Shown here: positions 14,387 through 26,000 of the stretch, piece by piece
Layout of the letters: each line of letters opens with the position of its first letter
Numbering within the stretch: position 1 is the first letter of the stretch
Origin: Octopus vulgaris
Lineage: Eukaryota
NCBI GenBank assembly: GCA_951406725.2
Contig: OX597819.1
Span: forward strand, 61,194,001-61,258,000
DNA length: 64,000 bases
Direction: 5' to 3'
Program-made: the position numbers and the translations under genes
Notes under the pieces: generated by a model
What the model saw: only the letters and a program-made list of their open reading frames with translations
The model's database searches: none
Told to the model about the DNA's origin: nothing

Positions 14387-14790
14387 TACTCTTTTACTTG
14401 TTTCAGTCATTTGACTGCGGACATGCTGGAGCACCGCCTTTAGTCGAGCAAAGCGACCTCAGAGCTTAGTCGTTCCAAGCCTAGTACTTATTCTATCGGT
14501 GTCTTTTGCCGAACCGCTAAGTTGCGGCGACGTAAGCACACCAGCATCGGTTGTCAAGCGATGTTGGGGTGGGAGGTGGACAAACACAGACACACAAATA
14601 TATACACACACATATACATAGATATACGACGGGCTTCTTCCAGTTTCTGTCTACCAAATCCACTCACAAGGCTTTGGTCGGCCCGAGGCTATAGTAAAAG
14701 ACATTTTCCCAAGGTGCCACGCAGTGGGACTGAATCTGGGACCATGTGGTTGGGAAGCAAGCTACTTACCACAGCCATTCCTGCGCCTAT
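14387..14790 (-). mobile_element. SINE family A, full length
   Basis: Reverse complement of consensus. Confidence 0.92.
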
Positions 14791-14989
14791 ATAATTAGTT
14801 AACATTTCACCAATTAACTAGTTTATTGTTTGATTAATCGTTAGACTTGATATAGAGACGCTTTATCATTGATGAAGACGCTAATGGCAATAAAAGGATT
14901 CTGATAAACTTGGCTGATTGTTTCATTGATCGAACAATTAATTAAATAATCGATTTGTTAAATGGTTAAATAGTTAACTAATTGAATAA

Positions 14990-15193
14990 TACTCTTTTAC
15001 TCTTTACTCTTTTAATTGTTTCAGTCACTTGACTGTGGCCATGCTGGGACACCGCCTTTAATCGACCAAATCGACCCCAGGACTTATTCTTTGTAAGCCT
15101 AGTTCTTATTCTATCGATCTCATTTGCTTAACTGCTAAGTTACAGGGACGTAAACATACCAGCATCGGTTGTCAAGCAATATTGGGGGGACAA

Positions 15194-15224
<31 letters not shown>

Positions 15225-15387
15225 CGACGGGCTTCTTTCAGTTTCCGTCTACCAAATTCACTCACAAGGATTTGGTCGGCCCGAGGCTATAGTAGAAGAT
15301 ACTTGCCCAAGGTGTCACACAGTGGGATTGAATCCGGAACCATGTGGTTAGTAAGTAAGCTACTTACCACATACCCACTCCTGCGCC

Positions 15388-15389
<2 letters not shown>
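14990..15389 (-). mobile_element. SINE family A, full length
   Basis: Reverse complement of consensus with (actcttt)n tail; followed by (TAA)n. Confidence 0.92.
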
Positions 15390-15432
<43 letters not shown>

Positions 15433-15469
15433 TATAATAATAATAATAATAAGAAGAAGAAGTGAAATA

Positions 15470-15617
15470 TATTGCGGCCATGCTGGGACACCGCCTTAAA
15501 AAGTTCAAGCGAACAAATCGCCTCGTGAATTTCATTTTAAAGTCTGGGACTTAGTCATCCTTTAGCCGAACCGCTAAGTTACAGAAACGTAAATAAATCA
15601 ATACCGGCTTTAAAGCG

Positions 15618-15690
<73 letters not shown>

Positions 15691-15890
15691 GGGATAAATG
15701 CAAAGACATGCCCACATAATATACCTCCGGCTTACAGTTTTCGTCAACCAAATTTACTCACTCACAAGGCTTTGGTTGGTCCAGAGCTTCGGGATAAGAC
15801 CCTTGCTCAAGATGCCGCGTGGCGGGAGTGAACTCGAAACAATGTAGTTGCGAAGCAAACTACCTAACCACGCAGCCATACATACGCCTA
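15470..15890 (-). mobile_element. SINE family A, diverged
   Basis: Same modules at lower identity. Confidence 0.75.
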
Positions 15891-16054
15891 TTACACACAC
15901 ACACAACAATTATTATATGTTGTAACAAATCATCATACAGTTAGTGGGCTGCACAACCAAACTATTGGCCGCGGCTGTTGCGTGACGAATAGCACTTCAT
16001 TGTGCTGTTTCTTCTCATAAAATGTCTATAACAATTGTCTAACACGACGCAACC

Positions 16055-16230
16055 AGCTGGCAAAATCATGAGCTTGTCGGGCAATATACGTAGAGGCATT
16101 TCTTCCGGCTCTCTACATTCTCAGTTCAAATTCCGCCAAGATCAAGTACCAGTGAAGTACTGGAGACTATGTATGTAATCGACTATTCCACTCCCCCTAA
16201 GATTGCTGGCCATGCGCCAAAGTTTGAAAG
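16055..16230 (+). mobile_element. SINE family B, diverged
   Basis: agctggcaaaatc...gttcaaattccgcc. Confidence 0.7.
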
Positions 16231-16256
16231 AATATTAGCGTAACATGCAATGATAA

Positions 16257-16455
16257 GTGGAGGCACATGGTCTAGTGGTTAGAACAGCAGACTCGCGGTC
16301 GAGAGATCGCGGGTTCGTTATCTCAGACCGAGCGAGGTGTGTGTTTATGAGCGAAACATCTAAGCTCCACGCGGCACCGGCAGAATGTAATGGTGAACTT
16401 CTGCTGACTCTTTTGCCACAAATTTTCTCGCTCTTTCCTCCTGCATCTAGTAGCT
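16257..16455 (+). mobile_element. tRNA-derived SINE, family C (3' truncated)
   Basis: gtggaggcacatggtctagtggttagaacagcagactcgcggtc head; matches 61193-61475. Confidence 0.85.
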
Positions 16456-16754
16456 CGTCCTGTATGCAAAGTTGAGTCTTCCACAGCTCAGTTTTTTTCC
16501 GTGGTGGTCACTATTTCCTGAATATATGCTGTTGAAATAGGGTGCGTCTAATATGGTCGGGTATCTTTTCTGTCATCACATACGATATGTGAATTAGTAT
16601 TAAAACACCATCAATTTTACATTGTGGGCACGTATGAATTTGTACCTGGAATATTGTTTATGGAAAAATCGGGTAACAATGAGATTTTAAGTTTTGTGTA
16701 CAACTTGGGTTCTTTGTGAAGAAAAATATCGTAAAATATTTAACGTATTGATGA

Positions 16755-16920
16755 CGGCGTAGGAGTGGCTGTGTAGTAAGTAGCTTGCTTACCAACAACG
16801 TGATTCCGGGTTCAGTTCTACTGCGTGGCACCATGGTCAAGTGTCTTCTACTATAGCCGCGTGCCGACCAAAGCTTTGTGAGTGAATTTGGTAGACGGAA
16901 ACTGAAAGAAGCCCGTCGTA

Positions 16921-16989
<69 letters not shown>

Positions 16990-17042
16990 ATATGTCTGTG
17001 TGTCTGTGTTTGTCCCCCACCCCCACATCGCTAGACAACCGA
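16755..17042 (+). mobile_element. SINE family A, 3' truncated
   Basis: Consensus match. Confidence 0.88.
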
Positions 17043-17149
17043 TGGATGAATGAATCATTAGGAATACAATCGTTACTATGGGGAGCTGAAATTATACCAT
17101 CGGTTGAAAAAGAAAAGAGTGGTCTTTTCTAAGCTGACTTGCTTTGTAC

Positions 17150-17662
17150 CAGGGGTGGGGAAACCCCGCCCGCGGACGTAATTGCGTCCGCAAGTCCATT
17201 TTATTTCGCCCACAGACTGATATACTCGAATGTACAAAATATAGTAAATTTTTCAATTATAAAATTTATACAATATTCGTATTCTACTACGACTTAAAAC
17301 CGTTAGACTAGAACAGAAACTCGTCCGGTAATTGCCATTTGAATGGAAATTTTGTTTTTACTATAAAACACATATTGCTAGGTTTTTACCACCCTCTTGA
17401 GACCCAACTATACTCTAACTGAAAAACATAGACTACCTCATAAGTAATATAAATGTCCTAAATTCAGTGGCGGTGTTAATGAAGATGTTACGCGTTAATT
17501 TAATGTATTAAATGTATATTTATTAATGTATGTCGAATCATACATAGATATATACAAGATTTACACAGATATAAGAGTTAGAACTTGTGATCCACCCGCG
17601 GACCTTTTTTTTACTTCTTTGTAAATTTTGTCCGCCGCACTAAAAAGTTTCCCCCACCCTTG
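17150..17662. mobile_element. hAT (Charlie-like) MITE
   Basis: TIRs CAGGGGTGGGGAAAC / GTTTCCCCCACCCTTG; 8-bp TSD ctttgtac (17142-17149) / ctttatac (17663-17670). Confidence 0.88.
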
Positions 17663-18434
17663 CTTTATACGTAAAACACGAACACAATGTCATTAAATGG
17701 TTAACCTAGATTTCGGCACTCGCATATATTTTGCTCTCTGCACGACAACAAATGAGTTGTCCAGGACCTACATATGCAGTATATATTGTCACCAAGTTGT
17801 TTTACGCAGTGGCTCAGCATTGACTCAAATAAAATTCATGTCTGTCAATATATTTATTAAACAGACAACCATATGGAAAACAAAACGTCATTTAAACATT
17901 TATTTACTTTAATTATTAAACAACTGTATGTTGCACAAATCTAGATATAATTGAATTTAAGCTGTAAAATTTGGTCAGTGAATATAAGCTTCAGGAAATA
18001 ATGCTAAATAAATAATAAAAATAAAAATTGAAATACAGGCAGATGCATGCGGGACAACCTATGTTTATATTCTATTTTTTAAAAAAATTTTTGTTGGTGT
18101 GGTTGTAGGCTGTGAATGTATATTTATGTTTAAAAAATAGTTGAAAATAAGGAAATATTCAAAAGGATTACCGTAGTGACGTTTAAGATATCTTCTCATT
18201 CTAAAGAAGCGAATATGCAAGAACCATAATCTACAAGTGGTAGGTAATCTCCAGCCAGGCAGGGCGTGTGTAGATAATGTCGGAAATTTTAATTTAAACT
18301 GAAATTAAAGAAAGTGGTATTAGATATATGATGTAAAGAAAACATTATTGATTTCTTTCTTACAAAAAGACGAATACAATAATATTCCCATATATATTTC
18401 TCCCAGTAGCAGTTTGAGCGTAAGTGGAAGTGCC

Positions 18435-18945
18435 TAGCTGGCAGACTCGTTAGAGCATCCGAAGAAAAAAAAATGCTTTGCGGTATTCCTTCCGGTTGTT
18501 TTAAATTCTGAGTTCAAATCCCACCGAAGTCAGCTTTGTTTTTCATCGTTTCAGGGTCGATAAAATAAATAGCCAAATACTGTATCGAATAATTCCGCCC
18601 CGCCCCATCAAAATTTCTAGCCTTATGTCTAAATCAGAAACCATTATTAGCGAAAAAGTGCATTTTCTTTCAACTGAATATTGAAAGAAGATAGCAGTTT
18701 CATTTTACAATATTCGCATGAACGTAATATTGGTTACAAATTTTGGAATAAGGCCAACAATTTCAGGGGTGGGGATAAGTCGATTACATCGACACCAGTG
18801 TTTAAATGGTACTTATTTTATAACCCCCCAAAAGATGACAGGCAAAGTCAACCTTGGCAGGATTTAAATTCAGAACATAGGGACGGATGAAATGTCGCTA
18901 AGCATTTTTCATCACTTAGTAACGATTCGACCAGTTCATCGCCTT
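18435..18945. mobile_element. Two SINE family B copies in inverted orientation (18435-18640 +, 18730-18945 -)
   Basis: Consensus match on opposite strands. Confidence 0.8.
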
Positions 18946-20819
18946 CGCATGAGCATAATATTACTGTTTCATTTTTTGCAGGACATATGGTTCCATGCTT
19001 TTAGAGGAAGAGCAGAACGGATTATTATAGCGCCCATGTCTTTCCCAAGAAGAAATGAGATGTTATGACACTTACGACTTTCCTAAAGACATTAACAGTT
19101 AAAGCAAAGTAAAATAATCAAAATTGGAATGCTGACTCAGCACACTGGAAGCTTATCTCTAATTTAATTAATCCTGCTTGAACGCGATATTGCTGTGAAT
19201 ACTAATTATAGCTTCGTAAGATTCATTAGAACTTCGGTAACATTTTACCCCAACCCCAAACGTAACGGCACTGACAATACCGAAAAAGGAACAAATCAAT
19301 ATTTGTATGTGTGTGTGTGTATTTGTGTGTCTGTCTATGTGTGGTGGTAGTTGTGGTGGTAGTGGTGGGGCATGTATATATGTATAAATGCGAAGGAAGG
19401 AGTTAGTGCAATAGCAGCTGCCATTTTAACGACAACAACCGACCTAAAAACGACGACGACAACAACAACATGACCATCAACAACAACATCATCAACAATA
19501 ACAACAAATGCTGTATCAACTGCAGTTTGGCAATGTTCCCACAAATACGCAGTGCCAGACGTAAAGACAAATCTCCTACAAAAGAATTAAATCAAGCGCT
19601 AAATATGAAAAAATATCGGAATATTGGAATAAGGAGCGGCCATGATGCATAAACTAACATGTACTTCAAGTACGAACTGATTGGAATCACTCCAACAACT
19701 ACAGTGTTTACAAAAATACATAATATTACTCTTCTACACTGCTACACACACTACTAAACTTACGCTAAACTATAAAATACTTCCCTCGTATATGATAATA
19801 GTTATTACACTATTCTAGTAAAATACATTACCCTGCACTATACTAAACAGCACTACAATAGCTCAGATGTGTTACACCAAGTTATTTTATCCAGCTTAAT
19901 CCCGAGAAACTACAGAAACCCAACTGATCAGCATGGAGTTGCTCATCAGCAAATTAACAGTGTTCTCACTGTGCCGTTTTCTACAGCAATTGCAATTGCC
20001 TCAGCTCTTTGGAGCCGGATGATCTCACACGACTAACGTATGTTTATCCGACTCATTCATCTCTCTCCTCTCGTTATCCGTATTCTATCTCCTCTTCCTC
20101 CTCCTCCTAGGTCCCACTATAATTTTTAATCTTTATCCTTCATTGCGAGAACGTCGTTATTCCAGAGTTCTTTTCATTGTCTGTTTTTCCTGCAGCCATC
20201 TATTTGCAGTTGTTTAAGAACATTAACTGCATTGGTCCTATTGGCATTTGAGTAGTTGAGGAAGCTAAGGGTATGGCCCCTTCCTACAAATCAAACCATC
20301 AAAATAAATTTTAAGAAAGTATATACCTGCCCCTATACTAAAGTAAGCCACCTATAGATGTGTGCATGAATGTATGAAGAATTGTTGTTGTTGCTGCTGC
20401 AGTTCATATTGAAGTTCCTCCAGTTATGAAAACATTTCCTGAAAAGTATTCAACCATTTAAGATATACTAGTGCTACATTATCCGATATATCCGTACTTG
20501 TTTAAGATGTCTTGAAGGTTCAAGAAGATCTGGTGATACTTGAAGCAAGTTAATCAATCAAGCAGAGGCACCCTCTGCGAAATAACTACAGGAATCAGTT
20601 CGGGGGCGAAATATAAGCATTTCGGGACAAAATATAAGCATTTAAAGTGATTAATTGATCAGATGTTAATTTACAGCAATCTAGTCAGGTTATATAGATG
20701 TGTTTAGGAAAATGCACACGGATAAGTCAGTCATTTTGTAGAAATGTATTGTGGAGAATGAACAAAAATATTTTCATCACGTGTTCTTGTCAATGAAATA
20801 TTTCATCCTTTCATTCTTT

Positions 20820-20990
20820 TAATTTTTTACTTATTTCAGTCATTTCACTGCAGCCATGCTGTAGCACCGACTTTAGTTGAACAAATCGACCCCAGGACTT
20901 AATCTTTGTAAGCTTAGTACTTATTCTATCGATGTTTTTAAATGCCGAACCGCTATGTTACAGGGACGTAAACACACCAGCACCGGTTGT
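20820..20990 (-). mobile_element. SINE family A, 3' part
   Basis: Consensus match. Confidence 0.8.
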
Positions 20991-21150
20991 CGAGTTCCAG
21001 ATTATCTTTGCAATTTCGGAGGAAAGAAAAATCCGAATGACCCGTCCTTGTTTTCTTTGTATCGTCTATCTGGATGTTTTGTTGTCACTTTTTGTATCAC
21101 CTAACTGTCTGGATATTTTGCATTCTTGTCCCGTGTGTGTGCGCGCGCGC

Positions 21151-21209
<59 letters not shown>

Positions 21210-21211
<2 letters not shown>

Positions 21212-21420
21212 GTTAATCCAAACATGAAAACATAAAGAGAAAACACAACAACGCGAGGACGGGGAACAGGTATAGTGTTATTGGATGCTCAGGAAAGGAA
21301 AAAAAGGGGGAAGATTTAACGTTTCAAGCGGAGCTCTTCGTCAGAAACATAGGAAAAAGAAAGATCCAAGGAAGGGAAGACAGAGTAAAAAAATCGCCAA
21401 CGATACACACGTCGTCTCAC
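21210..21420 (-). mobile_element. ~200-bp Penelope-pLTR-like repeat carrying a minimal HHR
   Basis: Same family at 57555-57778 and 63048-63260; flanked by microsatellites. Confidence 0.8.
21315..21347 (-). ncRNA. Minimal type I hammerhead ribozyme motif
   Basis: Minus strand: TTT CTGACGA A GAGC-TCC-GCTT GAAA CG TT AAA. Confidence 0.7.
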
Positions 21421-21428
21421 ACACACAC

Positions 21429-21459
<31 letters not shown>

Positions 21460-21609
21460 CATAAAATAGGCGCAGGAGTGGTTCATAGGTGCAGGAGTGG
21501 ATGTTTGGTAAGTAGTTTGCTTCCCAATCACATGGTTCCGGGTTCAGTCCCACTGTGTAGCACCTTGGGCAAGTGTCTTCTGCTATAGCCTCGGGCCCAT
21601 CAAATCCTT

Positions 21610-23643
21610 GTGAGTGTTTTTGGTAGACGGAAACTGAAAGAAGCCTGTCGTACACACAATCAACATATGCACAAACAAAAACACAAACCAAACTTCAGCA
21701 AAAAAGAATGGGCTGAGTTGAACAAATTAAAACTAGATAAAACAATAACAATCAAAGAGGCCGATAAAGGGAGTGCTGTTGTCTTAATGGATACGACATT
21801 TTACATAACTTTGGTACTTTCTATGCTGGAAGACACAACATACTATGAAAAGGCACAAAACTACAGTCAACAAAAAATAATGAGGGAACTAAAATCCATA
21901 TTAAACCCATACAAAGCAGGGCTCACCGACAAAGAATATGATTATATGACCAATTTCACAAGTAAAACTAGCCAATTCTACGGTATACCTAAGATCCACA
22001 AAAGTGAAAAAATAAGCAACGCATGCAAGATAGCTACAGACAAAATAATTAAAGTCCCTAATCCTAATGACCTCAAATTGAGACCCATAATAGCAGGTCC
22101 CGCATGCGAAACCCACCGCCTCAGTAACTTTTTAGACACCCTGTTAAAACCACTCCTCAAACATGTCAAAAGCTATATAAGGGACGACTTAGATATGCTC
22201 AATCACCTACCGAATACTATAAACAAAAACACCATACTGGTATCCTTCGATGTAGTCAACCTCTACTCCAATATCCCCCACAACCTAGGACTAGAGGCAA
22301 TCCAATTCTGGCTAGAGAATCACGCCAACGAACTACCACACCGCATCAAAAAAGAATTTGTGATAGAAGGGGTTAAATTCATCCTGGAAAATAACTTCTT
22401 CGCCTTCAATGACAACTTCTACCGACAAAAATCGGGGACTGCGATGGGTACACGAATGGCCCCCTCCTTTGCCAACCTAGTCATAGGATACCTAGAGATC
22501 AGTCTGTATCGTAAGGTTCTAGAAAGATATGGCAGCCCTTTCTCCATCTACATAGAAAACAACTGGAAGAGATATCTAGATGACTGTTTCATCCTTTGGC
22601 ATAAAAATATAGAAAAACTCATAGAATTCCAGAAAATTTTAAACGGACTGGACGTAAACATCCAATTCACGATGGAATATAGCCAACAACAACTCCCCTT
22701 CCTCGATATCCTCATTAAGAAAGCTAATAATATAATAGAAACAGACATATACTATAAGCCTACAGACTCTAAGCAATATCTTCCATTCAATTCATGCCAC
22801 CCCAGACACACCAGGATGAATATCCCCTTCAATCTAGCAAAAAGGATATGCACTATAGTCTCTAACGCAAACACCAGAGACACACGACTACAAGAACTAA
22901 AAGATACCCTAATCACCAGGAACTATCCACCTTCACTTATTGACAAGTGCATTCAACGTGCCCTTCAACTTAACATCAAGGAACTGAGACATCCCAAATC
23001 AAAGAAAAACTTACAACCAAAAGCCTTACCATACATCTCCACACACAACCCTCTCAATAACGAAGCCTTCGACACCATCCTCCACAACATACCCCTCCTA
23101 AAAAAATACCACAGAATGAACACAATCCTCCAAACACACACGATCATAAAAAGCAAAAGACAGCCTAGATCCATGAAAAGTCTCCTTACACAAGCCCGAA
23201 TTCACTCTTCAACACAGAAGCCGACAGTAAAAAAATGTGGAAGACCCAATTGCGGGATATGCGACTATCTAATCGAGGGTTCTGAGTTCTCCTTCAAACA
23301 GGGACAACGGTTTACAGTGAAAAGCAACTTCACATGTGCTTCGGAGAACCTAATATACTCACTAACCTGCTCCGGGTGTCAAGAGCAGTACATAGGCCAA
23401 ACAAAAAATGGTTTGCGTAAACGAATGGCCCTGCACAGATCCCAGATAAAAATTCCCCAAAACAGAAAAATAGCTTTTAGCCAACACATAGATACTTGCG
23501 CCAACAAAAAAACACCAAACTTCAGAATTTTCCCCCTCTACCAATGTAGGGACGATACAACCTCGAGACAAAGAATAAGTAAAGAAAATCTCTTTATTAC
23601 AAAATACAAGCCACTTCTTAACGGGTCTACGACAAACAATTAA
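21610..23643 (+). CDS. Penelope-like element (Neptune type) reverse transcriptase + GIY-YIG endonuclease, 5' truncated
   Basis: 677-aa open frame with IKEADKGSAVV, LRPII, SFDVVNLYSNIP, GTAMGTRMAP, RYLDD, LPFLD, YYKPT, Cys linker CGRPNCGIC and NLIYSLTC...YIGQT. The first ~14 codons are SINE-derived, so there is no native start. Confidence 0.95.
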   Translation: MSVFGRRKLKEACRTHNQHMHKQKHKPNFSKKEWAELNKLKLDKTITIKEADKGSAVVLMDTTFYITLVLSMLEDTTYYEKAQNYSQQKIMRELKSILNPYKAGLTDKEYDYMTNFTSKTSQFYGIPKIHKSEKISNACKIATDKIIKVPNPNDLKLRPIIAGPACETHRLSNFLDTLLKPLLKHVKSYIRDDLDMLNHLPNTINKNTILVSFDVVNLYSNIPHNLGLEAIQFWLENHANELPHRIKKEFVIEGVKFILENNFFAFNDNFYRQKSGTAMGTRMAPSFANLVIGYLEISLYRKVLERYGSPFSIYIENNWKRYLDDCFILWHKNIEKLIEFQKILNGLDVNIQFTMEYSQQQLPFLDILIKKANNIIETDIYYKPTDSKQYLPFNSCHPRHTRMNIPFNLAKRICTIVSNANTRDTRLQELKDTLITRNYPPSLIDKCIQRALQLNIKELRHPKSKKNLQPKALPYISTHNPLNNEAFDTILHNIPLLKKYHRMNTILQTHTIIKSKRQPRSMKSLLTQARIHSSTQKPTVKKCGRPNCGICDYLIEGSEFSFKQGQRFTVKSNFTCASENLIYSLTCSGCQEQYIGQTKNGLRKRMALHRSQIKIPQNRKIAFSQHIDTCANKKTPNFRIFPLYQCRDDTTSRQRISKENLFITKYKPLLNGSTTNN

Positions 23644-24422
23644 TATACCTCAACTTTAGAATAAAAGAAAAAAATATATATACACACACAAATACTACAC
23701 TCCATAGAATCCATTACTAATCAGCCCCTTCATAGCTATATTTACACCCATTCATATTCTCCCTTCTCTGTTTTTTTCTTCTTCTTCTTCTTCATCATCA
23801 TCGTTATCATCATCATCGGCGTCATCATCATCGCCACCATCATCACCACCATCTTCTCCTTCTCCTCCTTCTTCTTCTTCTTCTTCTTCTTCATCATCAT
23901 CGTTATCATCATCATCGTCGTCATAATCATCACCACCATCACCATCATCTTCTCCTTCTCCTTCTCCTTCTTCTTCTTCTTCTCCACCCCCTACCCCTTA
24001 AGTTTGTCACTAATGTTTTTTAGTATAACACCTACGCTAATTCTATAAACAAGCCTGTCAATATAAATATTCTCCTGAATTGAACTGAGACTGCCAGCCG
24101 CCACTGACCATTCAAAATACGACCATCAGGACACTCCCAGATTCTCCCACCCCCTTTCCTCACCAGCCTTCCCTCTACTACCCTACCAAGAACTCACAAC
24201 TACCTCGAACACACAAGTGCAAACAAGGGAGTCAGAGAAAGGCAGAATGCCACTTAAATCTGAACACTACTATAGAAATATTCTTTTAAAAAAACTTTTC
24301 TTCTAATTTTTCTAAATTTAATTATTTAATCGTTACAGTTGAAAAGGTCTCAAAATGACCGAAACCGGTACTGAAATGTTCACTATAAAATTATTTTAGC
24401 ATTTTCTATTTTTTACTTGTTT

Positions 24423-24427
<5 letters not shown>
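21651..24427 (+). mobile_element. Penelope-like retroelement copy (ORF, 3' UTR with triplet repeats, terminal HHR)
   Basis: Bounded by SINE 5' half and (TA)n; ends in T-rich tract after the HHR. Confidence 0.9.
24333..24376 (+). ncRNA. Type I hammerhead ribozyme, U3-A8 variant
   Basis: CAG TTGAAAA GGTC-tcaaaat-GACC GAAA CCGG TA CTG; palindromic stem III ACCGGT. Confidence 0.8.
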
Positions 24428-24470
<43 letters not shown>

Positions 24471-24895
24471 TTGTGTGTCTGTGTGTGTGTATATATGTTT
24501 GTATGTCTGTGTTTGTGTCCCCCACCAACATCGCTTGAAAACCGATGGTGGTGTGCTTAGCGGTTCGGCAAAACAAACCGATAGAATAAGTACTAGGCTT
24601 ACGAAGAATAAGTCCTGGGGGCGATTTGCTCGACTAAAGGCGGTGCTCCAGCATGGCTACAGTCAAATGACTGAAACAAGTAAAAGAATAGAAAAAAAAT
24701 GTGTATGTATGTATATTTATGTATATTCACATATGTTGGTTTTCTTATTGGTGTACGTATGTGCAATACGAATTCAATCGATAAAAAACCATATTCCATA
24801 ATTACAGCTCTTATCCCTGTGTATTCGCTTGTATATTTATGAACGTTTATATGCATGTATGTACAAATGTCCATCCATCCATCCATGCATCCATG

Positions 24896-24938
<43 letters not shown>

Positions 24939-25539
24939 GTGTGTATAATTTGAGTGAGACTGTTTCCTATGTATAATATTAAATGACTGACGTTATTTTC
25001 CTTTATTATTATAATAAAGAGTCGTATGTATGTCAGAATCTAGATAATCATGAATAATAGAATGGAATTACCATCATTTGGGGATCGACTTGTTAGCCCA
25101 AGAATCAAAGGTCCGCACTATATCAATCTATAGATTATGTTTCTAAGGAAACGGTGAGGGTTAGCACTTAAAATCAATACAAGAAGAATTAATTTTCAAT
25201 GGAAAGGCTTTTGCCTGATGCACGATAACTTAATTATCTCACCAACTGTTGATATCTGGTTTGTAATGTTTTATCACTAGGGTGACTAATATCACTATAA
25301 TAATGATAATAATAACATTTGCAACGGGCAATCTAGTAACACCATTACAATATATTATTTCTCTGGCTATTTGCTATGCTACGCGTAGGAATATGCTAAT
25401 GATATCTAAACATACGCGATAATATATATATATATGTACACATGCGCACATACACAAATATATGCTGTTTCTCACTTGCGTTGCTTTTATCATACGTCCG
25501 CATAGACGATAATGAAGAGGGAGATGATAATGATGATGA

Positions 25540-25752
25540 GCCTTTTACTATAAGCAAAAGGGGTGGAATTTTAGAGGAGAAAGCTAGTCGATTACAGCGA
25601 CCCCAAGACTGAACTGGTACTTATTTTACTGACCCCGAAAGGATAAAAGGTATACTCGACCAAGGTGGCATTTGAACTCAGAACGTAAAGTTCGGACCAA
25701 ATGCCGCTAAGCATTTTTGTCGCGCGCTAACGACTCTGCCGGCTCGCCGCCT
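25540..25752 (-). mobile_element. SINE family B
   Basis: Consensus match. Confidence 0.85.
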
Positions 25753-25953
25753 TCTCACGAATAGTCAAGAAGGAAGGCGAAAAAATAGATAAATACAATC
25801 CTTTTTAAGTACGAAATAACACGGCTATGGAAAATGAAGTAGGTAAAGATAGTACCATTTATTGTTGAATTCTTGGGGACAGCATCAGAAGGCATCAAGA
25901 AGAATATAAAGAAAATCGGAATAGGGTTCCCAGCAGAACTCCCACAAAACTCC

Positions 25954-25997
<44 letters not shown>

Positions 25998-26000
<3 letters not shown>

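Larger units (their letters stand above)
21468..24700 (+). mobile_element. SINE family A split by the Penelope insertion (5' half 21468-21650; 3' half 24470-24700)
   Basis: Both halves match consensus; the break is at the internal (TA)n. Confidence 0.88.

Noticed and set aside
19925-19960. CTGATGA on the minus strand near a weak hairpin
   Set aside because: No GAAA or stem I; likely chance.
21610-21650. Listed start of the 677-aa ORF as the native start
   Set aside because: It lies in SINE sequence; the element is 5' truncated.
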